Notes under the pieces: model-generated
Databases searched by the model: none
The model's input: only the letters and a program-made list of their open reading frames with translations
What the model was told of the DNA's origin: nothing
Program-made: the position numbers and the translations under genes
In this document: positions 61,169 to 64,000 of the stretch, piece after piece
Layout: the number at the start of each line of letters is the position of its first letter
Numbering within the stretch: the stretch's first letter is position 1
NCBI GenBank assembly: GCA_017610175.1
Contig: JAFCCO010000001.1
Location: 32,001 to 96,000, forward strand
Direction: 5' to 3'
Length of the DNA: 64,000 nucleotides
Source: Candidatus Iainarchaeum sp.
GTDB taxonomy: Archaea > Iainarchaeota > Iainarchaeia > Iainarchaeales > GCA-2688035

Positions 61169-62419
61169 CTATTCAAGCAGCTTTCTGAGTTTCTCAAGCT
61201 TTTCAAGCGAAATCTTGCTTTGCTTTCCCGACTTAAGCACTTTAACGGTCAGATTCTTTTCCTTCAACTCATTTTCTCCAAGAATTGCCACAAGCGGAAT
61301 CCCTTTCTTGTCCGCATACTGGATGTTTTTTCCGATTCCGCGGTTCATCAAATCCGTTTCACAGTTCAGTCCGAGACCGCGAATCTTTTCGGAGACCGCG
61401 ATTGATTGCTCAACCGCCTTGTCCCCAAGCGGGACAACAAATATATCGGCTGAAGCCTTTTTCTCAATTCTTTTCTCCAATGAATCAAGAAGCCTTTCCA
61501 CCCCAAATGACCCTCCAATTGCCGGCGTTTTCTGCCCGCCGTAGCTTTCCACGAGCTTGTCATAGCGCCCACCTGCAGCCACACTTGGCCCGTCTTTTAG
61601 CTTTATTTCAAAAACCGTTCCTGTGTAGTACTCGAGTCCGCGTGCAAGGCTTAAGTCAACTTCAATAAACTTGTCAAGCCTGTTTTTTTTCACAAGCCCC
61701 ATTACCTGCTGCAGCGCTTTGAGCGGCTCATCATTTTTAAGCTTTAATTTCGCAAGGTCGTTTAGCGCAACCTGCTTCAGAATCTTTGATGAAATTTCCT
61801 TTTCCTTCAGCTCTTTCTCAACCCCTTTTTCCCCAATCTTGTCAAGCTTGTCCAAACATCTGAAGCAGTCAACGATTTTTTCCTTTTCAATTCCGCAGCA
61901 GAGTGCAATTTCCTCAAGCAGAGTTCTGCTGTTTACAACAACCTTGAACTCCCCTTTCTTGAATCCGAGGGCAAGCATTGTTTTTGCGCAGATTGCCAGA
62001 ATTTCAAAGTCTGCCAGGGGAGAGGCGCTTCCCAAAATGTCAAAGTCTGCCTGAGTAAATTCACGGTATCTCTTTGCCTGCGGCCTGTCGTACCTGTAAA
62101 CTCTTCCCACTGCATACCTTTTGAAAGGCCTTTGCAGCTGCGGATTTGTTGCGGCAACGCGTGCCAGCGGAACGGTTAAATCAAACCTTAGCCCTAGCTC
62201 TCTATCCGACTTGTCCTTGAAGTAGTAAATCTCTTCCTTAATTGCTTCCCCGCCTGTTCCCTTCTTTGCAAGCAGTCCAAACTCCTCCACAATAGGGGTT
62301 TCCATTGGCTCAAAGCCGTAGCTCTCAAAAATAGATTTGCAAATGGATTCAATCCACTTTTTCTTTGAGGCCCTTTCCGGAAGAAAGTCCTGCATTCCCC
62401 TGACCGTTTTGAAGCTCAT
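61169..62419 (-). CDS. hisS: histidyl-tRNA synthetase
   Basis: RGMQDF, LRFDLT, RYREFTQ, ARGLEYYTG, GGRYD, GVERL. Confidence 0.97.
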   Translation of the reverse strand: MSFKTVRGMQDFLPERASKKKWIESICKSIFESYGFEPMETPIVEEFGLLAKKGTGGEAIKEEIYYFKDKSDRELGLRFDLTVPLARVAATNPQLQRPFKRYAVGRVYRYDRPQAKRYREFTQADFDILGSASPLADFEILAICAKTMLALGFKKGEFKVVVNSRTLLEEIALCCGIEKEKIVDCFRCLDKLDKIGEKGVEKELKEKEISSKILKQVALNDLAKLKLKNDEPLKALQQVMGLVKKNRLDKFIEVDLSLARGLEYYTGTVFEIKLKDGPSVAAGGRYDKLVESYGGQKTPAIGGSFGVERLLDSLEKRIEKKASADIFVVPLGDKAVEQSIAVSEKIRGLGLNCETDLMNRGIGKNIQYADKKGIPLVAILGENELKEKNLTVKVLKSGKQSKISLEKLEKLRKLLE

Positions 62420-63084
62420 TTCAATTCACCTAAACCAATTTTTCCTGTGTAAAGCGCCATTCCAATTACTGCCTTTACTCCGGATTCTTCAAGCTTTTCT
62501 GCCTCTTCCCTGCCTGAAATTCCTCCGGCTGCACTAATCTTATTTCTACAAACGCTTTTTAACCTTTTAATTGTTGCCCAGTCAGGCCCCTGCATTAATC
62601 CCTCCTTTTCAATGCATGTGTAGAGGAATTCACCGCAGTATTGCCCAAGCCGTTTTGCCCGCTCAACAGGCCCTTCGTTCAATGCATTTTTCCAGCCCTG
62701 CACTGCAACCTTTCCCTCCCTGCTGTCTAATGCAACAATCACCCTCTCCCTCCCAAATTCTTCACATAATTTGGAAAGAAATTCTGGCTCTGCCCTTGTT
62801 CCAATAATTACTTTCTTTGCCCCTGCTTCAAAAACCCCTCTTGCTTTTTCCACTGAACGAATTCCTCCTCCAACTCTTGCGTTCACAATCCCGCAGATTT
62901 TTTTCACCTCTGCAAGATTGCTTCCCTGTTCCATTGCGGAATCCAAATCAATTACCTGAACCTCTTCAAATTCTGAAAAGCGCTGCGCAAACTCTGCCGG
63001 GGGCTCTGCAATTGAGAGAGCAAGCCTTTTCCCCTGCTTCAGCTGAACAACTTTTTTGCCCATTAAGTCAATGCTTGGAATCAA
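62416..63084 (-). CDS. hisA: HisA (ProFAR isomerase)
   Basis: IPSIDL, IDLD, GGGIRS, VALD, GMALY. Confidence 0.88.
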   Translation of the reverse strand: MIPSIDLMGKKVVQLKQGKRLALSIAEPPAEFAQRFSEFEEVQVIDLDSAMEQGSNLAEVKKICGIVNARVGGGIRSVEKARGVFEAGAKKVIIGTRAEPEFLSKLCEEFGRERVIVALDSREGKVAVQGWKNALNEGPVERAKRLGQYCGEFLYTCIEKEGLMQGPDWATIKRLKSVCRNKISAAGGISGREEAEKLEESGVKAVIGMALYTGKIGLGELK

Positions 63085-63848
63085 ATTCTCACCTCCAGTC
63101 CCTTTTCTTTTAGAAACTCCTTTGCCTCTGCAATTGAGCAGTCTTCCCTCTGGAAAATGCCTGCCGCAAGAACTGCGTCAGCCTCTCCCTTGTCCAGCAC
63201 CCCGTACAAGTCCTTTGGGCTTCCAGCTCCTCCTGACGCAATCACCGGAATTCCAACAGATTCACTTACCTCTTTTGTCAGCTTTAAGTCAAAGCCGCTG
63301 TTTGTGCCGTCTTTGTCCATGGACGTGAGCAGTATTTCTCCTGCCCCAAGCGATTCCGCCTGTTTTGCCCACTCAACCGCGTCTTTTTCAGTCAATTCCT
63401 TGCCCCCGTAGATTGAACACTTCCAGCCTGAACCGCTGTGCTTTGCGTCAATTGCAACAACAACGGCTTGCCTTCCAAACTTTTTTGAAAGAGTGGTTAT
63501 GAGTGATGGATTGAGCATTGCAGATGTGTTAATGCTTACCTTGTCCGCCCCCGCTTTGAACGCAGCAACTGCCTCTTCCTCTGAACTAATTCCCCCTCCG
63601 ACTGTGAGCGGGACAAAGACCTGCGCAGCGCTTTTCCTCACCACATCAAGCATTGTGCCCCGCCTTTCGGCTGAAGCCGTTATGTCAAGGAAGCAAATTT
63701 CGTCCGCTCCCCCCCTGTAATACTTTTCCGCAATTTTGCTTGGTTCCCCAACATACTTTAGTTCTGAGAACTTTGTTCCCTTTACCACCCTTGCGCTTTG
63801 GCCGCTTAAGTCGCAGTCAAGGCAGGGAATTATTCTTTTTGCAAGCAT
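63081..63848 (-). CDS. hisF: imidazole glycerol phosphate synthase cyclase subunit
   Basis: MLAKRIIPCLD, FLDITAS, GAGEILLTSMDKDG, IASGGAG. Confidence 0.97.
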   Translation of the reverse strand: MLAKRIIPCLDCDLSGQSARVVKGTKFSELKYVGEPSKIAEKYYRGGADEICFLDITASAERRGTMLDVVRKSAAQVFVPLTVGGGISSEEEAVAAFKAGADKVSINTSAMLNPSLITTLSKKFGRQAVVVAIDAKHSGSGWKCSIYGGKELTEKDAVEWAKQAESLGAGEILLTSMDKDGTNSGFDLKLTKEVSESVGIPVIASGGAGSPKDLYGVLDKGEADAVLAAGIFQREDCSIAEAKEFLKEKGLEVRI

Positions 63849-63850
63849 TT

Positions 63851-64000
63851 TTATTTCACCTCCGTTTTTGCAAAATTTCTCAATATCTTTAGACCTGCGT
63901 TTCCGGACTTTTCCGGGTGGAACTGTGTTGCGGCAAGGTTTCCTTTCTGCACTGCTGCGCAGAACCTTTTTCCGTAAAACGATTCAGCCGCAATCGCTTC
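63851..64000 (-). CDS. hisH: imidazole glycerol phosphate synthase glutaminase subunit, C-terminal part
   Basis: ...[23 protein letters not shown]. Confidence 0.92.
   Translation of the reverse strand, partial: EAIAAESFYGKRFCAAVQKGNLAATQFHPEKSGNAGLKILRNFAKTEVK

Overview
Archaeal chromosome segment. Archaeal ribosomal proteins, split RpoA/RpoB, TATA-led and often leaderless genes, and many basic orphans suggest a DPANN lineage, possibly Iainarchaeota/Diapherotrites; that taxonomy is inference. 1-23 kb holds the core informational cluster on the minus strand: rpoH-B''-B'-A'-A''-L30e-nusA-S12-S7-EF2-EF1a-S10, then an rpiB-Nudix/archease/rtcB operon and surface genes, then L3-L4-L23-L2-S19-L22-S3. 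28-44 kb is a fermentative energy island: FNR-like oxidoreductase, ADP-forming acyl-CoA synthetase, FTR/Trx, HypA, HycI, a complete 14-gene Mbh [NiFe]-hydrogenase and two interrupted ZIP transporters. 44-50 kb encodes large surface proteins. 50-61 kb is a tRNA-dense accessory region, followed by hisS-hisA-hisF-hisH. Six tRNAs were found, including tRNA-Tyr with a BHB intron. The most notable features not explained by the ORF track are: (i) a ~146-nt rod-like hairpin whose 5' arm is a perfect anti-Shine-Dalgarno that sequesters the RBS of a 33-aa ORF, directly upstream of an amber-interrupted HTH-LAGLIDADG gene that runs antisense into tRNA-Thr; (ii) a double-guide C/D box RNA carrying four similar hairpins; (iii) structured leaders upstream of rpl3 and rpoH; (iv) an active-site-degenerate RpiA alongside an RpiB-Nudix fusion; (v) a set of polybasic enzyme-fold orphans. 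No CRISPR array, rRNA or transposase was seen.
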